From: a virus
Taxonomy: Duplodnaviria > Caudoviricetes
Reading direction: 5' to 3' (one strand)
IMG/VR virus record: IMGVR_UViG_3300026549_000045
Coordinates: 1-64,000 of that record
DNA length: 64,000 nucleotides
The notes beneath the pieces are model-generated. The model worked only from the letters and a program-made list of their open reading frames with translations. It ran no database searches and was not told the origin of the DNA. The stretch's first letter is position 1. Each line of letters opens with the position of its first letter. Of the stretch, positions 18,192 to 28,075 are shown one piece after another. A program made the translations under genes and the position numbers.

Positions 18192-18581
18192 ATGGGACAA
18201 TGCTATTCTATAGAAATCAAGGCGAGGTTCAGGGATGAGGATGGTGCAAAAAAGGCGCTGCAGGCCAAACTTGACAGGCATGAAGAGGAGCACGTTGCTT
18301 ACAATCTTCCACACTTCACGGAGGAACTCGGTATGTCAACAGACAACCTGCACGACCTGATGGGCATATTCTTCGGCGGCTGGAAGGGAAAGCTGGAACC
18401 TTCGACCACCGACGACTGGGAGTATGCCGACTTCGACGCCTCCTATGGCTGGGAGAGTCTTATGATGGATGCCTTCGAGACAATCGCACCTTATCTGGCT
18501 GACGGCTCTGAAATTAAAATCTGGCCCGATTCCGGCTGCGACCACGGAACGGTCAGGAACGGGAAATGCAAATGGGCATAA
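18192..18581 (+). CDS. Hypothetical protein
   Basis: Packed ORF. Confidence 0.7.
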   Translation: MGQCYSIEIKARFRDEDGAKKALQAKLDRHEEEHVAYNLPHFTEELGMSTDNLHDLMGIFFGGWKGKLEPSTTDDWEYADFDASYGWESLMMDAFETIAPYLADGSEIKIWPDSGCDHGTVRNGKCKWA

Positions 18582-18598
18582 CTAAAACGAATGAGACT

Positions 18599-18988
18599 AT
18601 GGAGAAGAAAGATTTCTATGGCGACATCAGGAATCTGCACAAGGAGATTGTGGCAGAGATTGTGAAGCTAATGGTGGAGCATGACGTGACAGAGGTTGAC
18701 CTGCTCGGTAGTAGTGCCGACCACGCTTACGTTATTGGCGCACCCTTCGACTGGGATGTGGACTACATGGAGGCCGAGGTCTCTAAGGTGTACTACGAGG
18801 ACGGGCAGTTGGTGCTCGACGTTTGCTGGGACATTGACACGTTCGAGTTGGCCGAGCAGAACGAGAATGGTGACATTGGCGATGCCTATACAGATGTAAA
18901 GGCCAATGACTTCACCTGCATCAAGCCCTGTGCTGGCATTGATTCGGTGTATGAGAGTGTATGGCAAGTGTTGGAACAAAACAAGTAA
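18599..18988 (+). CDS. Hypothetical acidic protein
   Basis: Packed ORF. Confidence 0.7.
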   Translation: MEKKDFYGDIRNLHKEIVAEIVKLMVEHDVTEVDLLGSSADHAYVIGAPFDWDVDYMEAEVSKVYYEDGQLVLDVCWDIDTFELAEQNENGDIGDAYTDVKANDFTCIKPCAGIDSVYESVWQVLEQNK

Positions 18989-18993
18989 CCACT

Positions 18994-20115
18994 ATGACAC
19001 AGAAAGAGTATATCCAGATGGTGAACGAAGCGAAGCAACGGAGCTTTGAGTATTATGTGCTGAGCAAGCCGACTATCAGCGACGCGACGTTCGATGCGAT
19101 GGTGGACTGCATAGAGCTGGCGGAGTTGGAGCATCCTGAGTGGACGCTACCTGACTCGCCGACGCAGTGCGTAGGAAGCGACCTGTCTGGTAACGGCAAG
19201 CGACTGGTGCGTCACCGCACACCGATGCTATCGTGCCAGAAGGCACAGACAACAGAGGCGGTTGAGAAATGGATTGCCGCTACGGAGAAGAAGTTGAAGA
19301 AGCAGGACGCTGGCATCTACTACGAACTGGAATGGAAGTTGGACGGCATCAGTTGTTCGCTGGTGTATCAGGACGGCACGCTGATCAGCGCCGCTACCCG
19401 TGGTGACGGCAAGCAGGGCAGCGACTTGATGGAGCACGTGAAGATGATACCGACGGTGCCTATCACGATTACTGAAATGGGTAGGGTAGAGGTGCGCGGC
19501 GAGATTGTATGTCCCAAGTCTCACCTGCCGTTTATGTCAGAGAGCTATGCCGACTGCAGAAGTGCAGCAAGTGGCATCTGTGGCAAGAACTATGTGACCG
19601 CCGACACGACGCTGCTGGAGTTTGTGGTGTGGCAGTTGGAAGGCGACGACATCGGCACAGAGGCTTGTGCTATCGACATAGCCGAGGACTTGGGCTTCAA
19701 GACCTGTGGCTATAAGGGCTGCTGGACGCCAAATGTTATCAAGCGTCTGGGTGAGTTCGCTATCGAGCGTGACGCGCTGGACTGGCCTACTGACGGTGTG
19801 GTGGTGAAGATAAATACCAAGCCGCTGGCTGAGAGGATGGGTTATACCGACCATCATCCGAAAGGCTGCATCGCCTACAAGTTCCCACCGCAGAAGACGA
19901 CGACCACGGTAAGGCGCATAGAGATAACCGTTGGTGCTACGGGCCGTCGTACCCCTGTCTGCTGGTTTGACCCTGTGACTATCATCGGACGAACGGTGGA
20001 GAAAGCGAGCCTTGGCAGTGAGGACACGATGGAGAAACTCGGCGTCTATGAGGGCTGCACCGTAGAAGTGGGCCTGAGCAACGATGTGACGCCGAAAGTG
20101 TACAGAGTAATCTAA
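18994..20115 (+). CDS. ligA: Minimal NAD+-dependent DNA ligase (Ia + adenylation + OB domains only)
   Basis: YYV..PTISDATFD, PDSPTQCVG, KLDG adenylation motif, ATRGDG, EVRGE, DGVVVK, IAYKFP, VGATGRRTPV; ends at motif VI SNDVTPKV. Confidence 0.9.
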   Translation: MTQKEYIQMVNEAKQRSFEYYVLSKPTISDATFDAMVDCIELAELEHPEWTLPDSPTQCVGSDLSGNGKRLVRHRTPMLSCQKAQTTEAVEKWIAATEKKLKKQDAGIYYELEWKLDGISCSLVYQDGTLISAATRGDGKQGSDLMEHVKMIPTVPITITEMGRVEVRGEIVCPKSHLPFMSESYADCRSAASGICGKNYVTADTTLLEFVVWQLEGDDIGTEACAIDIAEDLGFKTCGYKGCWTPNVIKRLGEFAIERDALDWPTDGVVVKINTKPLAERMGYTDHHPKGCIAYKFPPQKTTTTVRRIEITVGATGRRTPVCWFDPVTIIGRTVEKASLGSEDTMEKLGVYEGCTVEVGLSNDVTPKVYRVI

Positions 20116-20127
20116 AACGATACGACT

Positions 20128-20523
20128 ATGGAAAAGATTGATGCACCCATTGACAACAAAAACTTGATGGAAGACCCGTTCGAGGATGAGGTCTTCGGAG
20201 ATTTCTATGCAGGGCCTGACCATCGTAAGAATGGTGTACGGCATCTGGTTGGTTTGGCGGAAGTTTACGACGAGGAATTTCCTAAGTGCGTGAATTATTC
20301 GGCATACGTCGATGTGACTTGGACTTATGGTGCAAGTCATATCACTATCAAGGTGATTGGCGTTTCTGCCAGTGAGGACTTTGAGGAAACGAAAAACGAA
20401 GTCTTAGAGCACTACAAGAAGGTGTTCAAGGCTTGGGAGTGTGAAGACAATCCCGACCTAAAGGTAGAGTTCTATCAGCTGAACAATCAACTGAACGTGA
20501 TATTCTATTTCGAGTGTGAATGA
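20128..20523 (+). CDS. Hypothetical protein
   Basis: Packed ORF. Confidence 0.7.
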   Translation: MEKIDAPIDNKNLMEDPFEDEVFGDFYAGPDHRKNGVRHLVGLAEVYDEEFPKCVNYSAYVDVTWTYGASHITIKVIGVSASEDFEETKNEVLEHYKKVFKAWECEDNPDLKVEFYQLNNQLNVIFYFECE

Positions 20524-20557
20524 TAAACTTTGCACATATTGTAAGATTTTTGTTTCG

Positions 20558-20594
20558 GACTGGCCTGCTGTGACAGCACGCCGGTCCTCTTTTG
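20558..20594 (+). terminator. Possible terminator hairpin
   Basis: GGACTGGC..GCCGGTCC stem followed by TCTTTT. Confidence 0.45.
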
Positions 20595-20628
20595 GTGAGA
20601 AAATAATGTTTTAAAACACGATATAGCT

Positions 20629-22044
20629 ATGGAGTATTTTAAGAATTGCATGACCCAAGAGCAGCTGGAGCAGGAGCACCGCAAGTTGGTGATTAAGATG
20701 CACCCCGACCGCAACCCCGACAACCCTAACGCTACGGCTGAGTTTCAGGAGATGCAAAGCCAGTATGAGGAACGCAAGGCTGAACTGAACGGCGACTATA
20801 GCAAGGCCCGCAAGGGTAGGGAGCGCCGCGAACGTGAGGACAGGGAGCGACGGGAGCGTGAACGCCGTGAGCAGGAGCGCCGCAAGAAGGAGATGGCTAT
20901 CGATCAGGCTCGAAAGAACAAGCAGCGCAGCCACTTGGAATGGAAGCAGGGCGAGTATGTCTATGCCCGTATGGTGAACTTCACCCGCAGTATGTTCGAG
21001 TGGGATAACCTGAGTGGTGACGAGCTGCTGCATGTGGTGATCAAGATGGGCGTGAAGGAAGAGACGGTGGTAAGGATTGAGCACATCGTGGAGTGCCAGT
21101 CGTTCGATATCCTGAACGCCAGTCTGAGCAAGCTGCTGAATAGCATGGAGACCGGCTGCATCTATGGTGGCCGTGAGACGTTGCAGGATGCCGACCCCGC
21201 CAATGGCATCTATAAGAAGCAGACGGTGGGCAAGGTGGTGATGTTCCGTAGCGAACAGTACTGCGTGTTCGGCAATCCGATGGGCGACCAGACGATTTCC
21301 GACTACTATATGCCTGTAGGCTATGAGACGCTGTTTGGCAGTCAGATAGACCGCATCAAGGCGCACATTGCCTATGAGGAACAGGAGAAAGCACGATTGG
21401 AGGCTGAACGTATGGCCCGTATCGAGGCCGAGCAGCGTCCGATGATAGCGGAGTGGGAGCCGAAGCTGATAGCACTGAGTAGAGGACTGACGGCCAAGGA
21501 GCAGAAAGAGGTGGCTATGAGCAACCTGAAGACGATGCTCAAGGCGAAGTTCCCCGGTGCGAAGTTCACCGTGAAGAGTGACCGCTATGGCGACGTGGTG
21601 GTGCGCTGGGAGGATGGCCCGACATGGCAGGCCGTGCGTGAGGTGACAAAACTGTTTGATGCCTGGGAAGCTATCGACGCCAAGACCGGCAACCAGACGC
21701 TGACGCCGTGGATGGAGCACTACGGACGGATGTGTTTCTCAGTGACCGAGACGGAGCGCAAGATGTCGGTACTGACTAAGGCCCGCATCCTGCAGCAACT
21801 TGGTAGCGTGACCGAGGCTTTCACCACATCGGCTATCGACGACGAGGTGACGGTATCTGACTTCGACTGGCTGATGCTCCACTTGCTTGTCGGCATCGAG
21901 ATAGGCAAGGGCAACCAAGAGTGTATGAGTACGATACATGCCGACGGCAGGCGCACGGTAGCCATCAATGCGGCTGTGAACTTCATATTCAGCCACTCTG
22001 ACTATTGCAAGCAGACCAAGGCCAAAAAGGCCAAGTCTGCTTGA
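20629..22044 (+). CDS. J-domain protein with LPD29-like domain
   Basis: N-terminal HPDRNP..ATAEFQEM (J domain); LKAKFPGAKFTVKS..VRWEDGPT (LPD29-like). Confidence 0.75.
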   Translation: MEYFKNCMTQEQLEQEHRKLVIKMHPDRNPDNPNATAEFQEMQSQYEERKAELNGDYSKARKGRERREREDRERRERERREQERRKKEMAIDQARKNKQRSHLEWKQGEYVYARMVNFTRSMFEWDNLSGDELLHVVIKMGVKEETVVRIEHIVECQSFDILNASLSKLLNSMETGCIYGGRETLQDADPANGIYKKQTVGKVVMFRSEQYCVFGNPMGDQTISDYYMPVGYETLFGSQIDRIKAHIAYEEQEKARLEAERMARIEAEQRPMIAEWEPKLIALSRGLTAKEQKEVAMSNLKTMLKAKFPGAKFTVKSDRYGDVVVRWEDGPTWQAVREVTKLFDAWEAIDAKTGNQTLTPWMEHYGRMCFSVTETERKMSVLTKARILQQLGSVTEAFTTSAIDDEVTVSDFDWLMLHLLVGIEIGKGNQECMSTIHADGRRTVAINAAVNFIFSHSDYCKQTKAKKAKSA

Positions 22045-22093
22045 CTTTACGACCACGAATATAACGAATTGAACGAATTTAATATTTTACAAT

Positions 22094-25000
22094 ATGAGTA
22101 AGTTATCGAGACTGCGCGACAACATCGCGGCATTGCAGGAGGCTTTCGAGCCTAAGAATGGTGAGTACGACTACGAGGTGCTGGAGAAGTACAGTGGCTT
22201 CGGTGGTCTGGGGTTTGTGCTGAACCCACTGGACAAGAGCAAGTGGACGAAGACCGACCAGGACTGTTACGATGATACGGTACGGCTGCATGAGTTGCTG
22301 CACAAGTACAGCAACAGCGAGCAGGAGTATCAGAAGTGGATGCAGTCGTTGAAGGCATCGGTGCTGACAGCCTTCTATACCCCTAACGAACTGGTAAAGG
22401 CCATCTTCAATCCTATCTACCATGTGAAGTACGGTCGTAATCAGGTGTGCATTGCACCGAGCACAATCCTTGACCCTGCTGCCGGCAACGGTGTGTTTGC
22501 CTTCAATGCAGTGGGCTATGCGTCACTGGCTTGTCAGCGCTATAGCGTGACGGCAATTGAGAAGGACTTGCTGACGGGTCTGATGTTGGGCGCACAGAAA
22601 GGCCATGCCAAGATGCAGGTGTATGTGGATGGCTTCGAGCACTTTCCGAAAGACGAATTGGGAATGTATGACCTGGTGGCCACCAACGTGCCGTTTGGCG
22701 ACATCAACGTATTTGATGCTGCCTATAGCAAGAGCGACAATAAGGTGCGCAGGGATGCAGCTAAGATGATTCACAAGTATTACGTGCTGAAAGGTCTGGA
22801 CTGTCTGAGGGATGGCGGTATCGAGGCTTACATCATCACCTCGAACTATCTGAACCGCGACGGCGAGCAGTTGGCAGAGGTGCTGAAGCAAGCACGTCTG
22901 ATAGGTGCCTATAGACTGGCCAACAACCTGTTTAAGGATGCCGGCACTGAGGTAGGTACTGACCTGCTGGTGTTGCAGAAAGACAGCCACAAGCAAGGAC
23001 TGACGGCTGACGAGACATTCCTGATGACGCAGTATGAGGACTCAGGATGCCCCACCAACATGTACTTCCAGATGTATGAGGACCATGTGATTGCAACGTC
23101 GTGGACGGTTGACACCGATGCCTATGGCAAGCGTGGTTTTGTCTATATGCACAAGGATGGCGTGAAGGGTATTGCCAGCGATATGCAGAAGGCATTGGCA
23201 AAAGATATGGCTGCTAATCTGGATGTGGCGCTGTTTGAGAGTGACACAGCCACACATAAGACCGAGAGCGCCGAGAAGAAGGTGCAGCTGACGGCACAGC
23301 AGCTGACGATGCTGGCTATACACAAGACCTACGAGGAACTGTATGTGTACGAGGCTACGAAGTTCGAGGAGAACACGGCGTTGCGCCGCGACCTGAACGA
23401 GTTGTACGACACGTTCGTGGAGTCGTTCGGTGCGCTGAATAAGAGCGACAACGTAAAGGCGCTGAAGGCTATCAAGAATCACGGCAACCTGACGGAGTTG
23501 CTATCGCTGGAGGTGAGAGACGAGCGTGGCCGTTGGGAGAAAGCCGACATCTTCACGAAGCCGGTGGCTTTCGCTACCGACGATGTGCATGGTGCCGACA
23601 CACCGCAGGAGGCACTGGCTCAGTCGTTGAACGACTACGGTAAGGCTGACATGAAGTATATGAGTGCGCTTACTGGCATGAGCGAGGACGAACTGCTGGA
23701 TGCCCTGCATGGCGAGGTGTTCTATAACCCTCTGCCTGTAGGCAACCAGTACGAGATTAAGGCGCAGTTTATCTGTGGCAACGTCGTTGAGAAGCTGGAG
23801 CAGATCAAGCAGCTGTGGCCGAAGGTGGCAGAGTTGCTTGATGCAGGTTCCAAGGAGCAAGATGCAAGCCACCTGCCTGAGACCATCAAGGACCAAGAGG
23901 AACTGAGGGTGTATCAGAGTGCCAAGGCATTGCAGGAAGCTATCCCCGAGCCTATCCCCTTTGAAGAGTTGGACTTCAATCTGGGTGAGCGCTGGATTAA
24001 CGAGCGGGTGTATGGTGCTTTTGCTACGGAGTTCTTCAATGTGCCTGGTGAGCGTCCGTCGTGGCAGAGTGAGCCGTTTGCGGTAGAGGTGAAGTATGAC
24101 CCTATCATCGACCAGTTCACGGCATCGGCCAACTACGGATGGAACGAGAAGATAGGCACACAGTATGCCGTGAAGAGTGAGACCAAGCAGCGGTATGACG
24201 GAATGGAGCTTTTCATCCATGCCCTGCATAATACCTGTCCGAAGCTCTACAAGTATAAGCGTGACGTGAACGGCGACTACGTGTATAACGACAAGTGGGA
24301 GAAGGAGAAGGAGGAAGACCCCGAGAAGACCCAGCTTGCCAACACGAAGATTGAGGAGATTCGTCAGGGATTCGTTGACTGGCTGTTGCGTCAGCCCAAG
24401 CCGTTCCGCGACGAGTTGGCAGCTATCTATAACCGCCGCTTCAACTGTTTTGTGAAGCCGAAGTATGACGGCAGTCACCAGACATTCCCCGGTATTGACC
24501 TGAAGGGACTTGAAAAGAAGTACGGCATCAAGCATATCTACGGCAGTCAGAAGGACTGTGTGTGGATGCTTGTATTGAACGGCGGCGGCATTTGCGACCA
24601 CGAAGTAGGTAGCGGCAAGACGCTGATCATGTGTATGGCAGCACATGAGATGAAGCGCTTAGGATTGGTTCACAAGCCGATGATTATTGGCTTGAAGGCA
24701 AACGTGAGTGCCATTGCAGAAACGTATCGCACCGCCTATCCGCAGGCCAAGGTGCTGTATGCCGGTGCCAAGGACTACTCGGCCAAGGAGCGTGTGGACT
24801 TCTTCAACAAGATGAAGAACAACGACTGGGACTGTGTGATTATGTCGCACGACCAGTTCAGTCGTATTCCTCAGAGTCAGGACATCGAACTGGAAGTGAT
24901 GCAGGACGAAGTGCAGCAGCTGGAAGATGCGATGAACGCTATGGAAGGCTGGGACTGGGGCAACCGTAGCCGCATACAGAAGGGTTTGGAGCGCAGAAAG

Positions 25001-27145
25001 CGTAACCTGGAGGCGAAGATTGACGGACTTCTGGACGCTATCGGTGATACGAAGGACGACGTGGTTGACTTCAATCTGATGGGTATAGACCATATCTTTG
25101 TAGATGAAAGCCACATGTTCAAGAACCTGCAGTTCTCCACCCGTCACGACCGTGTGGCAGGTCTGGGTAACTCGGAGGGCTCGAAGCGTGCCTTTAACCT
25201 GCTGATGGCTATCCGCACGATACAGAAGCGTACAGGTAAGGACCTCGGTGCCACGTTCCTCTCAGGTACCACCGTCACGAATAGTTTGACGGAATTGTAT
25301 TCGCTGTTCAAGTATCTGCGTCCGAAGGCAATGGCCAAGCAGAACATCACCTGCTTTGATGCCTGGGCGGCTATCTTCACGAAGAAGAGTCAGGAATTTG
25401 AGTTCTCGATTACCAACCAGATTGTGTTGAAGGAACGTTTCCGTTACTTCATCAAAGTTCCGGAACTCGCTATGTTCTATAACGAGATAACGGACTTCCG
25501 CACGGCAGAGGATGTAGGTATTGAGCGTCCGGAGAAGCACGCCCGACTGCTGAACATCAAGCCGACGCCCGACCAAGAGGACTTTATCAAGACGCTGATG
25601 GAGTTTGCGAAGACCGGCGACTTCTCGCTGATAGGTATTAACGGAGCCACGGAGAAGCAGCAGATGGCAAAGATGCTGTATGCGACGGACATGGCCCGCA
25701 AGATGTCGCTGGATATGCGACTGATTGACCCAGGCTATCAGGATCACCCACGGAGCAAGGCTTCAAGATGTGCTTATCTGGTGAGTGAGTACTACAAGAA
25801 GTTCAACGACGTGAAGGGAACGCAGTTGGTATTCTCTGACCTCTCGGCCTACGACCCGAAGAAGTGGAATGTGTATGACGAGATCAAGCGTAAGCTGGTT
25901 GAGGAGTACGGCATCCCTGCCGACGAGATTCGCTTTATTCAGGAAGCGAAGTGTGAGTCGAAGAAGCAGAAGCTGATTGACGAGGTGAACGAAGGCAAGG
26001 TGAGAGTGCTGTTTGGTTCTACCCAGATGTTAGGCACGGGTGTCAATGCCCAGCAGCGTGTGGTGGCTGTGCATCATCTGGATACACCGTGGCGACCCTC
26101 TGACCTGGAGCAGCGCGACGGCAGAGCTATCCGCAAGGGTAACGAGATTGCCAAGTTGTACAACGACAACAAGGTGGAGATTATCATCTATGCCGTTGAG
26201 CGCAGTCTGGATAGCTATAAGTTCAACCTCCTGCACTGCAAGCAGACGTTTATCAATCAGCTGAAGCGCGGACAGTTGGCAAAGCGTACCCTTGACGAGG
26301 GTTCGATGGAAGAGAAGGGCATGAACTTCTCGGAGTATATGGCTATTCTCTCGGGTAACACCGACCTATTGGAGCGTGCCAAGCTGGAGAAGAAGATTGC
26401 TGGATTGGAGAGTGAGCGCAAGAACTTCTTGCGTGACCAGCGCGACCAGCAGGAGAAGATGAAGAGCCTGGAGGAAGACAACGAGCGCCACGAGCGCCAC
26501 ATCCGTTCGGCACAGGGTGACTATGACAAGTTCCTGCAGCGCAAGCGTCCCGACGAGAACGGCTTTGTGGTGAACGACCTGACGATTGACGGTTGGTCGA
26601 TGCCTGAACTGACAAAGGACGGCAAGCCTATGACCGCCGACGACAAGGCAAAGGCTCTGGGTGAGCGACTGTTGCAGATTGCCGCTACGGCCAAGACCTG
26701 CGACATCCACCTGCGCATCGGTGAAATCTACGGCTTCCCCGTTGTGGTGAAGTCTATCGAGAGAGGCTTTAACCTGATGGGTCAGATGGAGTACGACAAC
26801 CTGTTCTTTGTAGAGGGCACGACGTTGAAGTACAGCCATAACGGTGGCCGTCTGACAAAGGTGTCGGCACGCCAGTCGGCGGAGAATCCGCTGCAGGCTC
26901 TGATGTATATCCCCACACTCATTGAGCAGTGGCAGACGAAGATGGACGAGAACAACGCCCGTCTGGAGCAGCTGAAGTCTATCAAGTGTGAGGCATGGCC
27001 CAAGGAGGACGAGTTGCGCAATCTAAAGGCTGAACTCGGAAAGTTGGACCGCAAGATCAACGAGGAACTGAACGGCGGTAGCAAGAAGTCTGACAAGTCC
27101 GAGGGTAAGACCTCGGATGCGTCGGAACTTAGAAAGGCCGCATAA
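22094..27145 (+). CDS. N6-adenine methyltransferase / SNF2-type helicase fusion (DarB-like)
   Basis: AFYTP, ILDPAAGNGVF, TNVPFG; HEVGSGKT, FVDESHMFKN, LSGT, GTGVNAQ, WRPSDLEQRDGRAIRKGN. Confidence 0.9.
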   Translation: MSKLSRLRDNIAALQEAFEPKNGEYDYEVLEKYSGFGGLGFVLNPLDKSKWTKTDQDCYDDTVRLHELLHKYSNSEQEYQKWMQSLKASVLTAFYTPNELVKAIFNPIYHVKYGRNQVCIAPSTILDPAAGNGVFAFNAVGYASLACQRYSVTAIEKDLLTGLMLGAQKGHAKMQVYVDGFEHFPKDELGMYDLVATNVPFGDINVFDAAYSKSDNKVRRDAAKMIHKYYVLKGLDCLRDGGIEAYIITSNYLNRDGEQLAEVLKQARLIGAYRLANNLFKDAGTEVGTDLLVLQKDSHKQGLTADETFLMTQYEDSGCPTNMYFQMYEDHVIATSWTVDTDAYGKRGFVYMHKDGVKGIASDMQKALAKDMAANLDVALFESDTATHKTESAEKKVQLTAQQLTMLAIHKTYEELYVYEATKFEENTALRRDLNELYDTFVESFGALNKSDNVKALKAIKNHGNLTELLSLEVRDERGRWEKADIFTKPVAFATDDVHGADTPQEALAQSLNDYGKADMKYMSALTGMSEDELLDALHGEVFYNPLPVGNQYEIKAQFICGNVVEKLEQIKQLWPKVAELLDAGSKEQDASHLPETIKDQEELRVYQSAKALQEAIPEPIPFEELDFNLGERWINERVYGAFATEFFNVPGERPSWQSEPFAVEVKYDPIIDQFTASANYGWNEKIGTQYAVKSETKQRYDGMELFIHALHNTCPKLYKYKRDVNGDYVYNDKWEKEKEEDPEKTQLANTKIEEIRQGFVDWLLRQPKPFRDELAAIYNRRFNCFVKPKYDGSHQTFPGIDLKGLEKKYGIKHIYGSQKDCVWMLVLNGGGICDHEVGSGKTLIMCMAAHEMKRLGLVHKPMIIGLKANVSAIAETYRTAYPQAKVLYAGAKDYSAKERVDFFNKMKNNDWDCVIMSHDQFSRIPQSQDIELEVMQDEVQQLEDAMNAMEGWDWGNRSRIQKGLERRKRNLEAKIDGLLDAIGDTKDDVVDFNLMGIDHIFVDESHMFKNLQFSTRHDRVAGLGNSEGSKRAFNLLMAIRTIQKRTGKDLGATFLSGTTVTNSLTELYSLFKYLRPKAMAKQNITCFDAWAAIFTKKSQEFEFSITNQIVLKERFRYFIKVPELAMFYNEITDFRTAEDVGIERPEKHARLLNIKPTPDQEDFIKTLMEFAKTGDFSLIGINGATEKQQMAKMLYATDMARKMSLDMRLIDPGYQDHPRSKASRCAYLVSEYYKKFNDVKGTQLVFSDLSAYDPKKWNVYDEIKRKLVEEYGIPADEIRFIQEAKCESKKQKLIDEVNEGKVRVLFGSTQMLGTGVNAQQRVVAVHHLDTPWRPSDLEQRDGRAIRKGNEIAKLYNDNKVEIIIYAVERSLDSYKFNLLHCKQTFINQLKRGQLAKRTLDEGSMEEKGMNFSEYMAILSGNTDLLERAKLEKKIAGLESERKNFLRDQRDQQEKMKSLEEDNERHERHIRSAQGDYDKFLQRKRPDENGFVVNDLTIDGWSMPELTKDGKPMTADDKAKALGERLLQIAATAKTCDIHLRIGEIYGFPVVVKSIERGFNLMGQMEYDNLFFVEGTTLKYSHNGGRLTKVSARQSAENPLQALMYIPTLIEQWQTKMDENNARLEQLKSIKCEAWPKEDELRNLKAELGKLDRKINEELNGGSKKSDKSEGKTSDASELRKAA

Positions 27146-27158
27146 AACGTAAGATACA

Positions 27159-27395
27159 ATGAAACAGGAATTGAAGAAAGCGCTCGACTATGTTCGTGAG
27201 CAGATGGACGAAGACGATCTGGCTATTCTCCATGCTGAGATTAACAAGTGCTATAAGCAGCACCTTGTGCCTACCTTTACCCTCGTGGATGCTGACCAGG
27301 TTATTGAGTTGCTGGGTGAGTATGGCGAGGAAAACGACCTGCCGGAAGACTGGTGGGAAGACTACGACGATGACGATATTTTGTTGAACATCTAA
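27159..27395 (+). CDS. Hypothetical acidic small protein
   Basis: Packed ORF. Confidence 0.7.
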   Translation: MKQELKKALDYVREQMDEDDLAILHAEINKCYKQHLVPTFTLVDADQVIELLGEYGEENDLPEDWWEDYDDDDILLNI

Positions 27396-27407
27396 AACGA
27401 TACGACT

Positions 27408-27755
27408 ATGAGCAAGACAAAACGTATGCCGGCACCACTGGACGAGAAGAACGTGGTGAAGAATATTATTGAGTGCGATATCTTTCCGGAAGGATGTGCT
27501 CATCAGCAGAAAGGCAACCTACATATTTACCTGGGCTTCTACAAGGGACACCCGATGATGTTGTGGTTTACTCACGGCAAGAACTACTTGAAAGTCCATT
27601 TTATGAACAGGTTGCTTAACAACAAGCCCGTACTTCAGCAAATAGAAGACTACATGACGCAGGGTAACGACGACACAAACAACAATCAATACGTTATCAG
27701 TAGACGAGGTAACGATCTGGTGGAATTTAATTTCTTGTTTAAGTATAACAACTAA
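27408..27755 (+). CDS. Hypothetical protein
   Basis: Flanked by TAAA(A)CGATACGACTATG junctions. Confidence 0.7.
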   Translation: MSKTKRMPAPLDEKNVVKNIIECDIFPEGCAHQQKGNLHIYLGFYKGHPMMLWFTHGKNYLKVHFMNRLLNNKPVLQQIEDYMTQGNDDTNNNQYVISRRGNDLVEFNFLFKYNN

Positions 27756-27766
27756 ACGATACGACT

Positions 27767-28063
27767 ATGATTACGACAGCGTATGATGTAAAGCAGACGA
27801 CCGACATGATGGACCGTTGGGCAGGCTTCTGCTACAATCACCCGCCTTACGACGAGGTGATACTTTGGATGGTTGGTGGCTCGAAGACACACTACCTCTA
27901 CCAGCACTTCTGCTCGAAGTTCCTGCACCTCTGTGAGGACGTATGCGGCAACGACACCATGTCCGCATGGATGAAGTTCTACCGCACACTTGACCGCAAA
28001 TGGGCTGAGCGCCTGATGCAGTACGTCTATTGTGAGTGGAGAAAAGATAAGGCCAAGAACTAA
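27767..28063 (+). CDS. Hypothetical protein
   Basis: Packed ORF. Confidence 0.7.
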   Translation: MITTAYDVKQTTDMMDRWAGFCYNHPPYDEVILWMVGGSKTHYLYQHFCSKFLHLCEDVCGNDTMSAWMKFYRTLDRKWAERLMQYVYCEWRKDKAKN

Positions 28064-28075
28064 AACAACGAGATT

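Noticed and set aside
9393-27145. Conjugative transposon identity based on PcfJ/PcfK/ArdC/methylase-helicase
   Set aside because: No relaxase, coupling protein or tra genes in the window, and the rest of the content is phage-like. It cannot be fully excluded without flanking sequence.
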